DNA of 32,000 bases, from positions 30,001-62,000 of the forward strand of contig JAWBCC010000001.1 of assembly GCA_038823825.1 (NCBI GenBank). Reading direction: 5' to 3'. Below the pieces are notes generated by a model. It worked only from the letters and a program-made list of their open reading frames with translations, did no database searches and was not told the origin of the DNA. Every line of letters begins with the position of its first letter. Within the stretch, counting starts at the first letter, position 1. The DNA comes from Candidatus Hadarchaeales archaeon. Lineage in GTDB: Archaea > Hadarchaeota > Hadarchaeia > Hadarchaeales > Hadarchaeaceae. Position numbers and translations under genes: made by a program. Of this stretch, positions 16,076 through 26,071 are shown in pieces.

Positions 16076-16741
16076 ATGAAGCTTGATGAAATAGTGAGAG
16101 AAAAATACCCGAACTTTATCGCTGGATACGTGCTCGCTACCGGCGTGACCGTAGAAACGGATGTGGAAACCCTGAACAATAGATTGTCATCTGTGCTTTC
16201 CGAAATCAAAGCCAAGTTCGCGCAGACTCAGGTAACGGAAATACCGGAGATAAAGGCTTACAGAGAATTCTTCAAGCAGATGGGTAGAGACCCGTCGAGT
16301 TTCAGACCCTCTGTGGAGTATTTGCTTAGGAAAACGCTCGAAGATCAGTTTCCGAGGATAAACAACGTCGTGGACTCCTGCATGCTGGCTTCCGTTGAGC
16401 ACATGGTGTCGGCCGGAGTTTACGATCTTCAGAAAGTTGTGGGAGAGCTCCGAACGACTCTGGCCAGTCCAGACGATAAACCGATAGAGTTGATAGATGG
16501 TCGGAAACTTCAGCCTCTGCCCGGCGAGATAGTTTTGAAAGATGACCAAAAGATACTTTCGGCTTACACACTTGGCGACTCGAAGATAAGCAAAATAACC
16601 TATGGGACATCTTCCGTGATTTTCGTTCTCTGGAATGCGCCGGGGATTCCGAGAGAGAATGTTGAAAGAGCAGTCGAGAGTCTTGCGCTTTACGCTAGGA
16701 AATACTGCGGCGGTTATGTGGACAAAAAAGAGATTCTGTGA
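16076..16741 (+). CDS. B3/B4 tRNA-binding-domain protein (PheRS beta-subunit-related, COG3382-like)
   Basis: FRPSVEYLLRK, NNVVDSCMLASVEHMVSAGVYDL, and ~220 aa length are typical of stand-alone B3_4 domain proteins. Confidence 0.7.
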   Translation: MKLDEIVREKYPNFIAGYVLATGVTVETDVETLNNRLSSVLSEIKAKFAQTQVTEIPEIKAYREFFKQMGRDPSSFRPSVEYLLRKTLEDQFPRINNVVDSCMLASVEHMVSAGVYDLQKVVGELRTTLASPDDKPIELIDGRKLQPLPGEIVLKDDQKILSAYTLGDSKISKITYGTSSVIFVLWNAPGIPRENVERAVESLALYARKYCGGYVDKKEIL

Positions 16742-16750
16742 GAGTCGGAG

Positions 16751-16966
16751 ATGTATCCGCTCAGTCTACTGGGCATCGTCCTGATCCTGCTCGGTTTAGC
16801 TTTTCTCATAGCTCCGATAATTGCGCGCTATTTTGACGTGGAGCGGATTCCTTCTTGGCTTATTTACGTTTATCGGTCAGATGGTTTCTACTTCGTCACC
16901 TCGCCGATCTTGATCCTGATTTCTTTCGTTTTGCTTATACTTCATCTGCTGGAGGTTCTACGGTGA
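16751..16966 (+). CDS. Small membrane protein (2 TM helices)
   Basis: 71 aa with two clear hydrophobic helices. No family recognised. Confidence 0.5.
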   Translation: MYPLSLLGIVLILLGLAFLIAPIIARYFDVERIPSWLIYVYRSDGFYFVTSPILILISFVLLILHLLEVLR

Positions 16967-17091
16967 CATCAAATTTTCATACCGTTCATATTCGGAAAGG
17001 TATGAATTCTGAAAATACGGCTATATTGGGGCCTGGCTGGGGACTCGGTAAATTTCTGACATTTTTCGAAAATCCAGTTGAGGTGGTGATC

Positions 17092-18141
17092 ATGAAGGGA
17101 TCAATTCGTAGATTTTTTAGAAAATTGTCTACGCTTCTTGACGATGGTTTGATTGGAATCGGATATTTCGGCTACGAGCTTTCACAGGATTTCTTGCCCG
17201 TAAGATTTCGTGCGAATAAGCTAAAGATTGGAATTCCACCATCGGCGTTCATGTTTTTCGACGGCGGTGCCAAGATTTCGAAAATGTTTGTAGGAAAAGA
17301 CGGTGAGACAAAAATAGAACCAACGATTGAGAAGAGAGAATTCCTCCGAATGGTCGAAAGAATAAAGGAATACATCGCGGAGGGCGATGTGTATGAAGTC
17401 AACATCTCGCAGCGTTTCGACTTTGTAAGCAGCTGTAAACCTTTGGAAATCTTTTCAAACCTCATTAGGGCTCAGCCCGCACCTTTTACGTGTTTTCTCG
17501 ATTTTTCAGATTTTCAGATAATCAGCGGATCTATGGAGCTCTTTCTGAAAAGAAATGGAAAAAGAATTATGACCAGACCGATAAAGGGCACCAGACCGAG
17601 GCATCCGAACGTGAGGATTGACAGAGAGATGGTTAAAGATCTCAGAGAAAGTGAAAAGGAAAGAGCCGAGAATCTGATGATAGTTGACCTCATGAGGAAC
17701 GATTTGTCTAAAGTCTGCGAATTTGGAAGTGTTCGAGTTACGAAATTATTTGAAGTTGAGGGTTTCTCTACTCTCTATCAAATGTTCTCAGAGGTTATTG
17801 GCAGACTGAGAAACGGAATGAGTTTGCAGGACATCTTGGTGGCAACGTTTCCGCCAGGCTCCGTTACCGGGGCGCCCAAAATGCGGGCAATGGAAATCAT
17901 CGAAGAGCTCGAACCACACAGAAGGGAACCATACTGTGGTGCAACGGCGGTTGTCATGCCAGCTGGAGACTTCACAATGAGTGTTGCGATAAGGACAATG
18001 GCAATGAGAAATGGTTATGGGGCTTTTTGGGTTGGCGGGGGAATAACATGGGACTCGGATCCGGAGGCGGAATATGATGAGACCGTTGTGAAAGCCGTTG
18101 CAACCTGCAAAGCCCTGGGATTGGAAAAACTTGAGGTGTGA
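17092..18141 (+). CDS. pabB: Aminodeoxychorismate/anthranilate synthase component I family (PabB-like chorismate-binding enzyme)
   Basis: YIAEGDVYEVNISQRF, NLMIVDLMRNDL, FPPGSVTGAPKMRAMEIIEELE, PYCGA. ATG 17092 has a GAGGTG RBS. Alternative starts at 17002 or 16855 would overlap or abut the small membrane gene. Confidence 0.8.
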   Translation: MKGSIRRFFRKLSTLLDDGLIGIGYFGYELSQDFLPVRFRANKLKIGIPPSAFMFFDGGAKISKMFVGKDGETKIEPTIEKREFLRMVERIKEYIAEGDVYEVNISQRFDFVSSCKPLEIFSNLIRAQPAPFTCFLDFSDFQIISGSMELFLKRNGKRIMTRPIKGTRPRHPNVRIDREMVKDLRESEKERAENLMIVDLMRNDLSKVCEFGSVRVTKLFEVEGFSTLYQMFSEVIGRLRNGMSLQDILVATFPPGSVTGAPKMRAMEIIEELEPHRREPYCGATAVVMPAGDFTMSVAIRTMAMRNGYGAFWVGGGITWDSDPEAEYDETVVKAVATCKALGLEKLEV

Positions 18142-18144
18142 GGC

Positions 18145-18909
18145 TTGATTTGCAGGTCGACGCTTTACGGGGAAGGGGTCTTTGAAACTTTCAGGTGTTT
18201 TCACGGTCTTCCCGTTTTTCTGAGGAAGCACTTTGAGAGGATGAAGATGGGAGCCAAGCTTCTTAGAATCCCGACTCCGGGCTGGAGGGAATTCAAACAA
18301 ACAGTTAAAGAGAAGATCGATGTCTCTGCAGATCTGCGCGTGAAGGTCTGTCTGTTTTCATTTGGATCGCAAGTGTTTGATGAGAAACCTAAGGAAAGCG
18401 AGCTCGTCTGCTTTATTTCAAGATATGAGCGACCAAGAAAACCACTTAGATTACATTTGGTTTCCTTTCCGAGAAACTCGAAGTCACCAGTCGTCAGGAT
18501 AAAATCTCTAAACTACTTGGAAAACGTTCTCGGGAGAAGAGAAGCCAAGGAAATGGGTTTTGATGAGGGACTATTCTTAAATGAGCGAGGAGAAGTCGCG
18601 GAATGTTGTGCTTCAAACATCTTCTGGATGAAGGACGAGGTCATTTATACACCCGATGAATCTTGTGGTCTTCTTCCGGGAATAACCCGAGAATTGGTTC
18701 TTTCTCTTGCTCCCAAGCTAGGATTTAAGGTTAAAGAAGGGAGATACGGACTGAAAAATTTGCTGGAGTCCGACTGTGTTTTTTTGACAAATTCTCTCAT
18801 CGGGGCGCACAGAGTTGAAGAGATAGAAGGTTTTAAGATTCGGGGAAAGAATAAAAATTTTGCAGAACTACAGCTGGAAATCTTCCGCACACTGAAATGG
18901 CTTCCGTGA
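18145..18909 (+). CDS. pabC: Aminotransferase class IV, aminodeoxychorismate lyase-like (PabC)
   Basis: ~254 aa, [34 protein letters not shown], and its position directly after pabB. TTG start. Confidence 0.7.
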   Translation: MICRSTLYGEGVFETFRCFHGLPVFLRKHFERMKMGAKLLRIPTPGWREFKQTVKEKIDVSADLRVKVCLFSFGSQVFDEKPKESELVCFISRYERPRKPLRLHLVSFPRNSKSPVVRIKSLNYLENVLGRREAKEMGFDEGLFLNERGEVAECCASNIFWMKDEVIYTPDESCGLLPGITRELVLSLAPKLGFKVKEGRYGLKNLLESDCVFLTNSLIGAHRVEEIEGFKIRGKNKNFAELQLEIFRTLKWLP

Positions 18910-18970
18910 AGAGCCGAACGAACAGACATCTTTTTATTCTTTCACTTTTGATTTCTTTCGAGGTGGACAT

Positions 18971-19957
18971 TTGGCAAAAATATATTATGACAAGGATGCG
19001 GATTTGAGTATCCTAAAGGACAAGACTATTGCGATTATAGGTTATGGAAATCAGGGACATGCGCAGGCGAACAATCTGCGCGATTCCGGTTGCAGGGTTA
19101 TAATCGGAAGCATAAGAGATGCGAGTTATGAGCAAGCTGTCCGCGATGGTTTTGAAGTCTATTCGATTTCGGAAGCGGCTGAAATCGGAGATATTGTCCA
19201 CATGCTGATTCCAGATGAATATCAGGCCGAGGTTTACAACAGGGACATAGCAAAACACATGAAACACGGGAAAGCTCTCTGCTTTAGTCATGGGTTTAAC
19301 ATTCATTTCAAGCAGATCGTTCCCCCCAAAGACGTCGATGTTATAATGATCGCTCCAAAGGGACCGGGCGCTCTTGTTCGTCGTATGTATCTTCAGGGAA
19401 GCGGAGTTCCGGGCTTGCTTGCCGTTGAACAGGATGCAAGCGGTATGGCTAAACAGATCGCTCTGGCACTGGCGAAGGGCGTGGGCTTGACTCGCATAGG
19501 CGTTATTGAGACGACCTTCAAGGAGGAGGTGGAAACCGATCTCTTTGGTGAACAGGTAGTTCTCTGTGGTGGCGTAACTGAACTCATAAAAGCAGGTTTT
19601 GAGACGCTAGTCGAAGCGGGATATCAGCCGGAGGTCGCTTACTTCGAATGCCTGAACGAACTCAAACTGATAGTAGATCTAATCTATGAACACGGCATAG
19701 AAGGTATGTGGAAAGCAGTAAGCAATACGGCAGAATACGGCGGAAGAACGAGGGGTCCGAGAATAATAGATTCTCATGTTCGGGAGACTATAATGAAGAT
19801 TCTTAAAGATATCCAGAGCGGAGATTTCGCGAGAGAATGGGTGGAGGAAGCCAAAAAGGGAATCCCAACGCTCAAGCGCATGAGGGAAGAAGGAAAAGAG
19901 CATCTCATAGAGAAGGTGGGGAGAGAACTTCGCAAGTGGGCGGGAATAGAAAAGTAA
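18971..19957 (+). CDS. ilvC: Ketol-acid reductoisomerase
   Basis: [54 protein letters not shown] start with a GAGGTGG RBS. Confidence 0.95.
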   Translation: MAKIYYDKDADLSILKDKTIAIIGYGNQGHAQANNLRDSGCRVIIGSIRDASYEQAVRDGFEVYSISEAAEIGDIVHMLIPDEYQAEVYNRDIAKHMKHGKALCFSHGFNIHFKQIVPPKDVDVIMIAPKGPGALVRRMYLQGSGVPGLLAVEQDASGMAKQIALALAKGVGLTRIGVIETTFKEEVETDLFGEQVVLCGGVTELIKAGFETLVEAGYQPEVAYFECLNELKLIVDLIYEHGIEGMWKAVSNTAEYGGRTRGPRIIDSHVRETIMKILKDIQSGDFAREWVEEAKKGIPTLKRMREEGKEHLIEKVGRELRKWAGIEK

Positions 19958-20065
19958 AAGTGCAATCTGTGCTACCGCCGCGTGAATATTCATAGTTTTC
20001 GTTTTTTCCCAAAGATTGGAAAAATTTTAAATTGAAACAGTTCAAAGGATACGCCGGAGGTTGCC

Positions 20066-21742
20066 TTGAAGTTTAGGAGTAAAGAGGTTGTTGAGGGACT
20101 TGAAAGTCTGCCCAGAAGAGCACTTCTGAAAGCGGTTGGAGTAACCGATGCGGAGATGGAAAAACCTTTTGTCGGGATAGCGAATTCTTATACGAACGTA
20201 GTTCCCGGTCACATTCATCTTCGTGAGATTTCCCGCGCAGTCGCGGAAGGGGTAATTGCTGGTGGAGGAATTCCTTTCGAGTTCAACACAATTGCGATCT
20301 GCGATGGAATAGCGATGGGAACAAAAGGGATGTGTTATTCTCTTCCATCCCGGGAGCTTATTGCCGATAGCGTGGAGACGATGGTCGAAGCACATAGATT
20401 TGATGCTCTGATTTGTGTGGCAAGCTGTGACAAGATAGTTCCTGGAATGCTTATGGCAATCGCCAGACTAGACATCCCGGCGATAATGGTGACCGGGGGG
20501 CCAATGTTTCCAGGTAAGTGGCAGGGACAGAACCTAGACGTCATAAGCGCTTTCGAAGCTGTTGGTGCTGTGAAAGCTGGGAAAATGACGCAGGCGGAGG
20601 CTCTAGAAATCGAAGATAGGGCTTGTCCGGGGTGCGGCTCATGTGCCGGTCTCTTCACAGCCAACACAATGGCATGTCTCACAGAAGCGCTCGGCATGTC
20701 TCTGCCGGGAACCGCGACAGCCCACGCAGCAGACGCAAAGAAAATCAGACTAGCCAAGAGGGCTGGACTTCAGGTGTTGAAACTTCTTAAGATGAAACTC
20801 ATCCCGAGCAAAATAATGACGCGCAAAGCCTTTGAGAACGCGATCACAGTGGATATGGCTTTAGGAGGTTCCACGAACACGCTGCTCCATCTTCCGGCAA
20901 TCGCCAATGAACTCGGAATAAATTTGGATTTGAATATTTTCGATAGAATAAGTCGACGCGTTCCAACGATTTGCTCCATACGACCAAACGGTCCGCATAC
21001 GATGTGGGATCTCGAACAAGCGGGTGGGATCCCAGCTGTTATGAAGCGTCTTGGTAAGCTGATCTGTGGAAGTCCTCTCACGGTAACCGGCCGAACAGTT
21101 GCTGAAAATCTTAAGTATGTCAAACTAGTTGAGACGGACGTCATAAGACCTCTCGGCAGACCATACATGAGAGAGGGGGGCATAGCGGTTCTTTACGGCT
21201 CACTTGCTCCGGCTGGTTCGGTTGTTAAATTTGCCGGCGTTCCACCCCAGATGCGCAAGCACAGAGGCCCGGCAAAAGTTTTTGACAGCGAAGAAGACGC
21301 AGTCAAGGCGATCTATAATGGTGAGGTAAAGAATGGCGACGTTGTGGTCATAAGGTATGAAGGGCCTAAGGGAGGACCTGGCATGAGGGAGATGTTGGGC
21401 CCGACTTCTGCGATCTCTGGCATGGGTATCCGGGCAGCTCTAGTAACAGATGGGAGATTTTCTGGGGGGACTAGAGGACTCTGCATTGGTCATGTCTCCC
21501 CAGAAGCAGCTGAAGGAGGACCGATTGCGGTGGTCAAAGATGGCGACGAGATTCTGATTGATCTTCCGAATAGAAAAATCGATTTGTTAATTCCGAGAGA
21601 TGAGTTGGAGAGCAGACTTAAGAGGCTAAAGCCTAAACCACCAAAATTCAAGAAAGGATATCTTGCTTTTTACTCTCGCATAGTTTCTTCAGCAGCCGAG
21701 GGCGCAGTCAGGAAAATCGCCAAACTTTCTAACAAAATGTAA
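20066..21742 (+). CDS. ilvD: Dihydroxy-acid dehydratase
   Basis: [75 protein letters not shown] start with a GGAGGT RBS. Confidence 0.95.
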   Translation: MKFRSKEVVEGLESLPRRALLKAVGVTDAEMEKPFVGIANSYTNVVPGHIHLREISRAVAEGVIAGGGIPFEFNTIAICDGIAMGTKGMCYSLPSRELIADSVETMVEAHRFDALICVASCDKIVPGMLMAIARLDIPAIMVTGGPMFPGKWQGQNLDVISAFEAVGAVKAGKMTQAEALEIEDRACPGCGSCAGLFTANTMACLTEALGMSLPGTATAHAADAKKIRLAKRAGLQVLKLLKMKLIPSKIMTRKAFENAITVDMALGGSTNTLLHLPAIANELGINLDLNIFDRISRRVPTICSIRPNGPHTMWDLEQAGGIPAVMKRLGKLICGSPLTVTGRTVAENLKYVKLVETDVIRPLGRPYMREGGIAVLYGSLAPAGSVVKFAGVPPQMRKHRGPAKVFDSEEDAVKAIYNGEVKNGDVVVIRYEGPKGGPGMREMLGPTSAISGMGIRAALVTDGRFSGGTRGLCIGHVSPEAAEGGPIAVVKDGDEILIDLPNRKIDLLIPRDELESRLKRLKPKPPKFKKGYLAFYSRIVSSAAEGAVRKIAKLSNKM

Positions 21743-21804
21743 AGCTTCTTAAAGTCCTATCAAAAAAGTTAAAAACTTTTCACTGTTTATTCTGCTGGAG
21801 AAAA

Positions 21805-22953
21805 ATGCAGAAACTGAAGGTTGGAATTCTGGGTGCGACGGGCGAGGTAGGCCAGAAGTTCGTGGTAAATCTTCAAAATCATCCATGGTTTGAAATTCAA
21901 AGTCTTTTCGCCTCAGAAAGGTCTGCGGGCAAGACATATGGCGAGGCCTTAGGTTATGGAACTGACTCATCAAGATGGTTTCTTCAAGAAGAGCCCCGGC
22001 CAGAGATCTTGGAGATAAGAGTAGAAAACGTCAAAGAGGCGGTCAGAGAAAAGTGTGATCTCATCTTCTCCGCTCTCCCTTCTGAGATAGCTCTAGAAAT
22101 AGAGGGAGAAGTCGCTAAAGAAAAACCGGTAGTCAGCACAGCCTCCGCCTACAGATATTTTGAAGACAGTTTCACATACCTTCCAGGAGTCAATGAAGAT
22201 CACGTGCAGATGATAGAAGTTCAAAGGAGAAACAGGGGATGGAAGGGCTTCGTTGTTCCTCAGCCAAATTGCACAACAATTGGGCTGGTTTTATCTCTGA
22301 AACCGATTTACGATGCCTTCGGTCTGGAGAGCGTGATAATGGCCTCAATGCAAGCTGTATCCGGAGCCGGTTATGAAGCCGTCGTTGAATGGGCAAAGCA
22401 GAGATCGGAAGTCGGTTCGAAATTACCATCCGTTCTTCAGGAGTACAGACCGAGAATGTTCGAAGGGAATGTGATTCCATACATAAAGGGCGAAGAAGAG
22501 AAGGTCAAGAAGGAAACGGTGAAACTCTTAGGTCGCTTTGACGGGGGTAGAATAATTCCAGCAGATTTAAAGATCACGTGTAAGTGTAACAGAGTTCCGG
22601 TTCATCACGGTCATACAGAGTCGGTCTTCATCCAGACGAGAAAAGATTGTTCTGTTGAAGATTTGATAAATGTGTGGAAGAGTTATAAAGGAGAACCACA
22701 GAGACTTGGTCTACCGACTGCGCCCAAGAACCCGATTGTTGTGATGGAGGAAAGAGACAGACCACAACCTAGGTTTGACGTGCTCATTGAGGGAGGAATG
22801 GCCGTAGTTGTCGGAGGAATTGAAGCCAACTGTTTTGAAAGAGGTTTCCAGTACACCGTGTTGTCCCATAACACGGAGTTGGGGGCAGCAAAAGGAGCCG
22901 TTCTAGCTGCAGAGTATCTCTACAAAACCGGATGGATTCCGCTGCGAGCATGA
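21805..22953 (+). CDS. asd: Aspartate-semialdehyde dehydrogenase (archaeal type)
   Basis: VGILGATGEVGQ, active-site PNCTTIG, RVPVHHGHTESV. Confidence 0.85.
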   Translation: MQKLKVGILGATGEVGQKFVVNLQNHPWFEIQSLFASERSAGKTYGEALGYGTDSSRWFLQEEPRPEILEIRVENVKEAVREKCDLIFSALPSEIALEIEGEVAKEKPVVSTASAYRYFEDSFTYLPGVNEDHVQMIEVQRRNRGWKGFVVPQPNCTTIGLVLSLKPIYDAFGLESVIMASMQAVSGAGYEAVVEWAKQRSEVGSKLPSVLQEYRPRMFEGNVIPYIKGEEEKVKKETVKLLGRFDGGRIIPADLKITCKCNRVPVHHGHTESVFIQTRKDCSVEDLINVWKSYKGEPQRLGLPTAPKNPIVVMEERDRPQPRFDVLIEGGMAVVVGGIEANCFERGFQYTVLSHNTELGAAKGAVLAAEYLYKTGWIPLRA

Positions 22954-22960
22954 AAAATTT

Positions 22961-23605
22961 TCACTTGAAGACTTCACCTGTTTTTCTGTACCAAAGCACG
23001 AAATCCAAATGCGACATGGGAATTCCCAATTCATCCGAGAATTTTCTCATCTTTTGCTCGATCGAAAGGTAAGTTTTTTTATTCAGGTTTTTTGGAATCT
23101 CGTCTATAACTCCGAATTCCAGCAGGCTTCTGAGTATATGCCTGTCGAGTATCGCCAGATCTCTCCCCCAGCCGATATTTCTCAGAAAGTGGCTGGCTTC
23201 TTTGTATCCAAGCCCCTTGACCTCTTTTACAAGGAATTCTCTGGCTTCCATGGGATTATTCAAGAATTTTGTAAGCTCTTCTCTTATCACAAGTTTTCCA
23301 CCTTTTGTGAATCTCTTTCTGGCTTCAATGATATATCTCGCCTTTTTTCTCCAGAATCTTATCGGACGTAGAAATTCCGCAATTTCTTTTTCTCCTCCAG
23401 AGAAAAGTGTCCGACTTTTTTCGAGTTTCTCAACTGTCTCCCAGCAAACTTTCGCTTTCGACTGAGGCGTAAGAAGGCAGAAGGCTAGCTCAGAGAAGAC
23501 TTTCTCATCGTCTGTTCTCCACGTTTTTTCGAACTCCCGAAGCCTGCGCTCTATTTCGCTTTTTATTTTTCCATGAATTTCGAGGAGTTCTGTCTTCCCC
23601 TTCAA
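22961..23605 (-). CDS. ogg: N-glycosylase/DNA lyase, archaeal Ogg (type 2) 8-oxoguanine glycosylase
   Basis: FCLLTPQSKA, FWRKKARYIIEAR, VKGLGYKEASHFLRNIGWGRDLAILDRHI (HhH-GPD with catalytic K and D). A TTG start at 23605 overlaps the permease stop (TTGA). The track's longer 279-aa ORF runs into the permease gene. Confidence 0.8.
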   Translation of the reverse strand: MKGKTELLEIHGKIKSEIERRLREFEKTWRTDDEKVFSELAFCLLTPQSKAKVCWETVEKLEKSRTLFSGGEKEIAEFLRPIRFWRKKARYIIEARKRFTKGGKLVIREELTKFLNNPMEAREFLVKEVKGLGYKEASHFLRNIGWGRDLAILDRHILRSLLEFGVIDEIPKNLNKKTYLSIEQKMRKFSDELGIPMSHLDFVLWYRKTGEVFK

Positions 23606-24465
23606 GCGAATTCCCTTCTTTCGGTTAGGATAATGCTCGCGAGGAGGAGAAAAACTGAGTAGGAGAGTAAGAGTATAGAGCTCGTGAGAGGTTCTGGGGT
23701 CTTTATCTGAGCCGATATTCCGAAAGCGCCATAAACGCTTTCGAGGCTCACATTGTAGGTTGCGCTTATCGCGTCCGCGGCTCTGTCTGGCATGAACCAT
23801 GGGTCATAGCCGGCGTAAACCAAAGACGTTGATATTATGCTGAAGATGATCATGTATGTAAGTAGCGTGGCAACCGTTGCCCCCATGCCTCCTCGCATCA
23901 ACGAACTGAAGATGAACGTCATTGCAACCATGAAAGTGGCCACGGCGAAAGCCACTCCCAGGGATCCGAGCATTCCGAACGGTACCGTGCCGTATAGTCC
24001 AAGAATGGAGAGAGCGGAAACCGCATAGCCAACTGCGAGGAGGGATATCGTGGCTATCAGACAGGCGAAATATTTACCCGCCACGATTGTTTTTCGCCCC
24101 ACCGGTGAGGAAAACAGAAAGACTCCTGTTTTTCGCTCAAACTCTGAAGCTATTGCATCTCCAGCGAAGAATACGGAAAATAGGAGGGCTATAGACGGTC
24201 CAACAGAGCCAGTAAAGACTGCGAAAAACTCCGGACTATCTTTTATTCCGTACTGATCGAGGATCATCTCTCCGGTTTCCCTAGGAATATTCTCAGGCAA
24301 ACGTTCGAGAAGACTTTCACGCATCTTTCCCGGAATGTCTATAGAACGGTAAAGAAAGGTCATCAGAAAGGTCGCGAGTAGAACTGCTGCCAACGCTCCG
24401 TAAAAGCGCTTTCTTCGCAAATGTTTCAGCAGCTCATACTTGAAAACAGTCTTGAACTTGTTCAT
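23602..24465 (-). CDS. ABC-2 family transporter permease
   Basis: Six hydrophobic helices. It sits immediately after the ATPase gene. ATG 24465 (GGTGG RBS, 1 nt after the ATPase stop) is preferred; GTG 24474 is the alternative. Confidence 0.75.
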   Translation of the reverse strand: MNKFKTVFKYELLKHLRRKRFYGALAAVLLATFLMTFLYRSIDIPGKMRESLLERLPENIPRETGEMILDQYGIKDSPEFFAVFTGSVGPSIALLFSVFFAGDAIASEFERKTGVFLFSSPVGRKTIVAGKYFACLIATISLLAVGYAVSALSILGLYGTVPFGMLGSLGVAFAVATFMVAMTFIFSSLMRGGMGATVATLLTYMIIFSIISTSLVYAGYDPWFMPDRAADAISATYNVSLESVYGAFGISAQIKTPEPLTSSILLLSYSVFLLLASIILTERREFA

Positions 24466-24466
24466 G

Positions 24467-25177
24467 TCAACCACCCGTCAGTCTTATGTAAGCTCTTTCC
24501 AGTGAGCCGTACTTCCTCTTCAGATTTCTCACGCTGTTGAACGCTTGAAGTCTTCCTTCATTCATGATTGCGATTTTATCACAAACCTGTACGACTTCAT
24601 TCAGCAGATGAGATGACAGGAGAATGGTTTTTTCTCCTTTTATAGACTTCAAAATGTTTCTGATTTCCACCATCCCTTTTGGGTCAAGACCGGAAGATGG
24701 TTCATCTAAAATTAGAATGGGCGGGTCGTGAAGAAATGCCTGAGCGATCGCGAGCCTTTGCTTCATTCCGCTTGAGAAATTTTCGATTTTGACTTTTGCC
24801 CACTTTTCCAGCCCAACCATTCTGAGGACTTCCTTAATTTTTTCCTTCAGGTTTTTTACGCCCCGGAGATGTCCAAAATATTTCAAGATCTCCTCCGGTG
24901 TAAGAAACGGATAGAACTCTGGGGTTTCAACAATCACGCCCAAATTTTCGACCGCCGCCTCATGCTCTTCGATGACATTGAAGTCGTTGACATACGCTCT
25001 TCCTCCGGAAGGTCTTATGAGCCCGCACAGAAGCTTTATGGTTGTGCTTTTCCCGGCTCCATTCGGGCCTAGAAGCCCGACGCTTTCTCCCCGCTTTATT
25101 TTCATGTTTAGATTGTCCAGCGCGAGCAGCTTCCCGTAGTATTTTGTTAGATTTTCGGTCACAATCGCTTGCGGCAT
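24467..25177 (-). CDS. ABC transporter ATP-binding protein
   Basis: Walker A GPNGAGKST, signature FSSGMKQRL, Walker B ILILDEPSSGLD. Confidence 0.9.
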   Translation of the reverse strand: MPQAIVTENLTKYYGKLLALDNLNMKIKRGESVGLLGPNGAGKSTTIKLLCGLIRPSGGRAYVNDFNVIEEHEAAVENLGVIVETPEFYPFLTPEEILKYFGHLRGVKNLKEKIKEVLRMVGLEKWAKVKIENFSSGMKQRLAIAQAFLHDPPILILDEPSSGLDPKGMVEIRNILKSIKGEKTILLSSHLLNEVVQVCDKIAIMNEGRLQAFNSVRNLKRKYGSLERAYIRLTGG

Positions 25178-25212
25178 CCAGATTAATGAGATTTGCCGAA
25201 TTTAAAGGAAAA

Positions 25213-25290
25213 TGGTAGCGGGGGGAGGACTTGAACCTCCGACCTCCGGGTTATGAGCCCGGCGGGCACTCCACGCTGCCCCACCCCGCT
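25213..25290 (-). tRNA. Initiator tRNA-Met (anticodon CAU), CCA encoded
   Basis: Reverse complement AGCGGGGTGGGGCAGCGTGGAGTGCCCGCCGGGCTCATAACCCGGAGGTCGGAGGTTCAAGTCCTCCCCCCGCTACCA. The A1:U72 pair and three G:C pairs closing the anticodon stem are hallmarks of the archaeal initiator. Confidence 0.92.
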
Positions 25291-25328
25291 CCAATATGAT
25301 TATTTACAAGTTTTGTGGGATAAAATAT

Positions 25329-25775
25329 TTACCGAGGTTTTCTCATCAGATTTCCAATCATTACACCCATTGCTCCTCCTATCCCAGCAAGCATGATATC
25401 TCGGAGAATCATGAAAGCGACGACAGAGCAGAATTCGCCAAGTCCAACGATTATATCGGGATCCCTTAAGCCGATGAAGAGCCCGAGAGCTAACAGGGTG
25501 GAAAGGTTCATGAGAAGGCCGGACATTCCCCCTCCTTTGAATCCGTCCATTGCTCCTCTCCCGGTTTTCGATAAAAGGTAGCCGGCGAGCATGCCGCCGA
25601 TCAACAATCCAAAGAGTCCAATACCAAAGAATTGACCGATTAGTCCCATCATTAGGCCGTAGATGACTGGACGCATGAAGCTCTTGTCGCTCCTAATGGC
25701 GAGGAGGACAAAAAGTATGAGCCAAGTTAGCCCGGCGAAGATAGAATATCCGACGAGGAATGCTGTGTCTGTCAC
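25329..25775 (-). CDS. Hypothetical Gly-rich integral membrane protein (4 TM helices)
   Basis: Hydrophobic pattern with GxxxG-rich helices. No family assigned. Confidence 0.6.
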   Translation of the reverse strand: MTDTAFLVGYSIFAGLTWLILFVLLAIRSDKSFMRPVIYGLMMGLIGQFFGIGLFGLLIGGMLAGYLLSKTGRGAMDGFKGGGMSGLLMNLSTLLALGLFIGLRDPDIIVGLGEFCSVVAFMILRDIMLAGIGGAMGVMIGNLMRKPR

Positions 25776-25840
25776 GGAGAATAATGGAATAGATGGATTT
25801 TTACCTTTTTCTGAGGGTTTTCACTTTAAGCTAGTAGCCA

Positions 25841-25870
25841 CTTTCAATCCCATTTTCAGGGACGTTTCGC
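25841..25870 (-). repeat. Solitary CRISPR-repeat-like sequence (half repeat carrying the ATTGAAAG 5'-handle)
   Basis: The minus strand reads GCGAAACGTCCCTGAAAATGGGATTGAAAG. The last 16 nt (AAAATGGGATTGAAAG) equal the 3' end of the Archaeoglobus-type repeat GTTGAAATCAGACCAAAATGGGATTGAAAG as I recall it. The first 14 nt are diverged. No second copy was found at spacer distance. Confidence 0.4.
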
Positions 25871-26071
25871 CACAACTGTTGTATGATGTGTTCAGGCATC
25901 AAAGAATTAGGACGTATTTTGGAGGCAAAAAAAGGGAAAAATGTAAAAAGATTGGAATTTATAGTACGGGAAAGAGTCCTAAACCACTTGTAGAACCCCA
26001 CCGTGCTCGTTTTTTCTTTAAAAAGGACCTCCACCCAGAAGATTGAGGGGGAGAAAAATGAGTCATGCTAG

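Noticed and set aside
16049-16090. C/D-box sRNA (two TGATGA boxes at ~16049 and ~16083)
   Set aside because: There is no CUGA D box at the proper spacing and no terminal stem. The second box lies inside the B3/4 coding sequence.
16855-17091. Long N-terminal extension of the pabB ORF (start 16855 or 17002)
   Set aside because: The 16855 start overlaps the small membrane gene by 112 nt in another frame, and the extension is not PabB-like. ATG 17092 has a GAGGTG RBS. The 17002 start cannot be fully excluded.
22961-23800. 279-aa version of the ogg ORF
   Set aside because: The N-terminal ~65 aa overlap the ABC-2 permease gene in another frame and are not Ogg-like. TTG 23605 gives the family-typical ~214 aa and a TTGA coupling.
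25795-25873. A CRISPR array
   Set aside because: There is only one good half repeat and no regular repeat-spacer periodicity. The weak second copy is 46 nt away, too close for a spacer. No cas genes are in the window. It is reported as a solitary repeat-like site only.
25663-26046. ORFs 25663-26046 (+) and 25831-26034 (-) in the gap upstream of the beta-class MTase
   Set aside because: The first overlaps the well-supported membrane gene in antisense. Both lack RBSs and have odd composition. No integrase or recombinase motif was seen when I looked for a decayed tyrosine recombinase C-terminus.
26040-26053. Possible att-like direct repeat: agattgagggggag (26040-26053) against agatggtgcgggggag at the tRNA-Leu 3' end (29525-29540). 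A second weak pair is aaccccaccgtg (25994) against aaccccccgctgg (29278).
   Set aside because: The matches are short, purine-rich, and need gaps or mismatches. The left copy doubles as the RBS of the uORF. This is not enough to claim site-specific integration.
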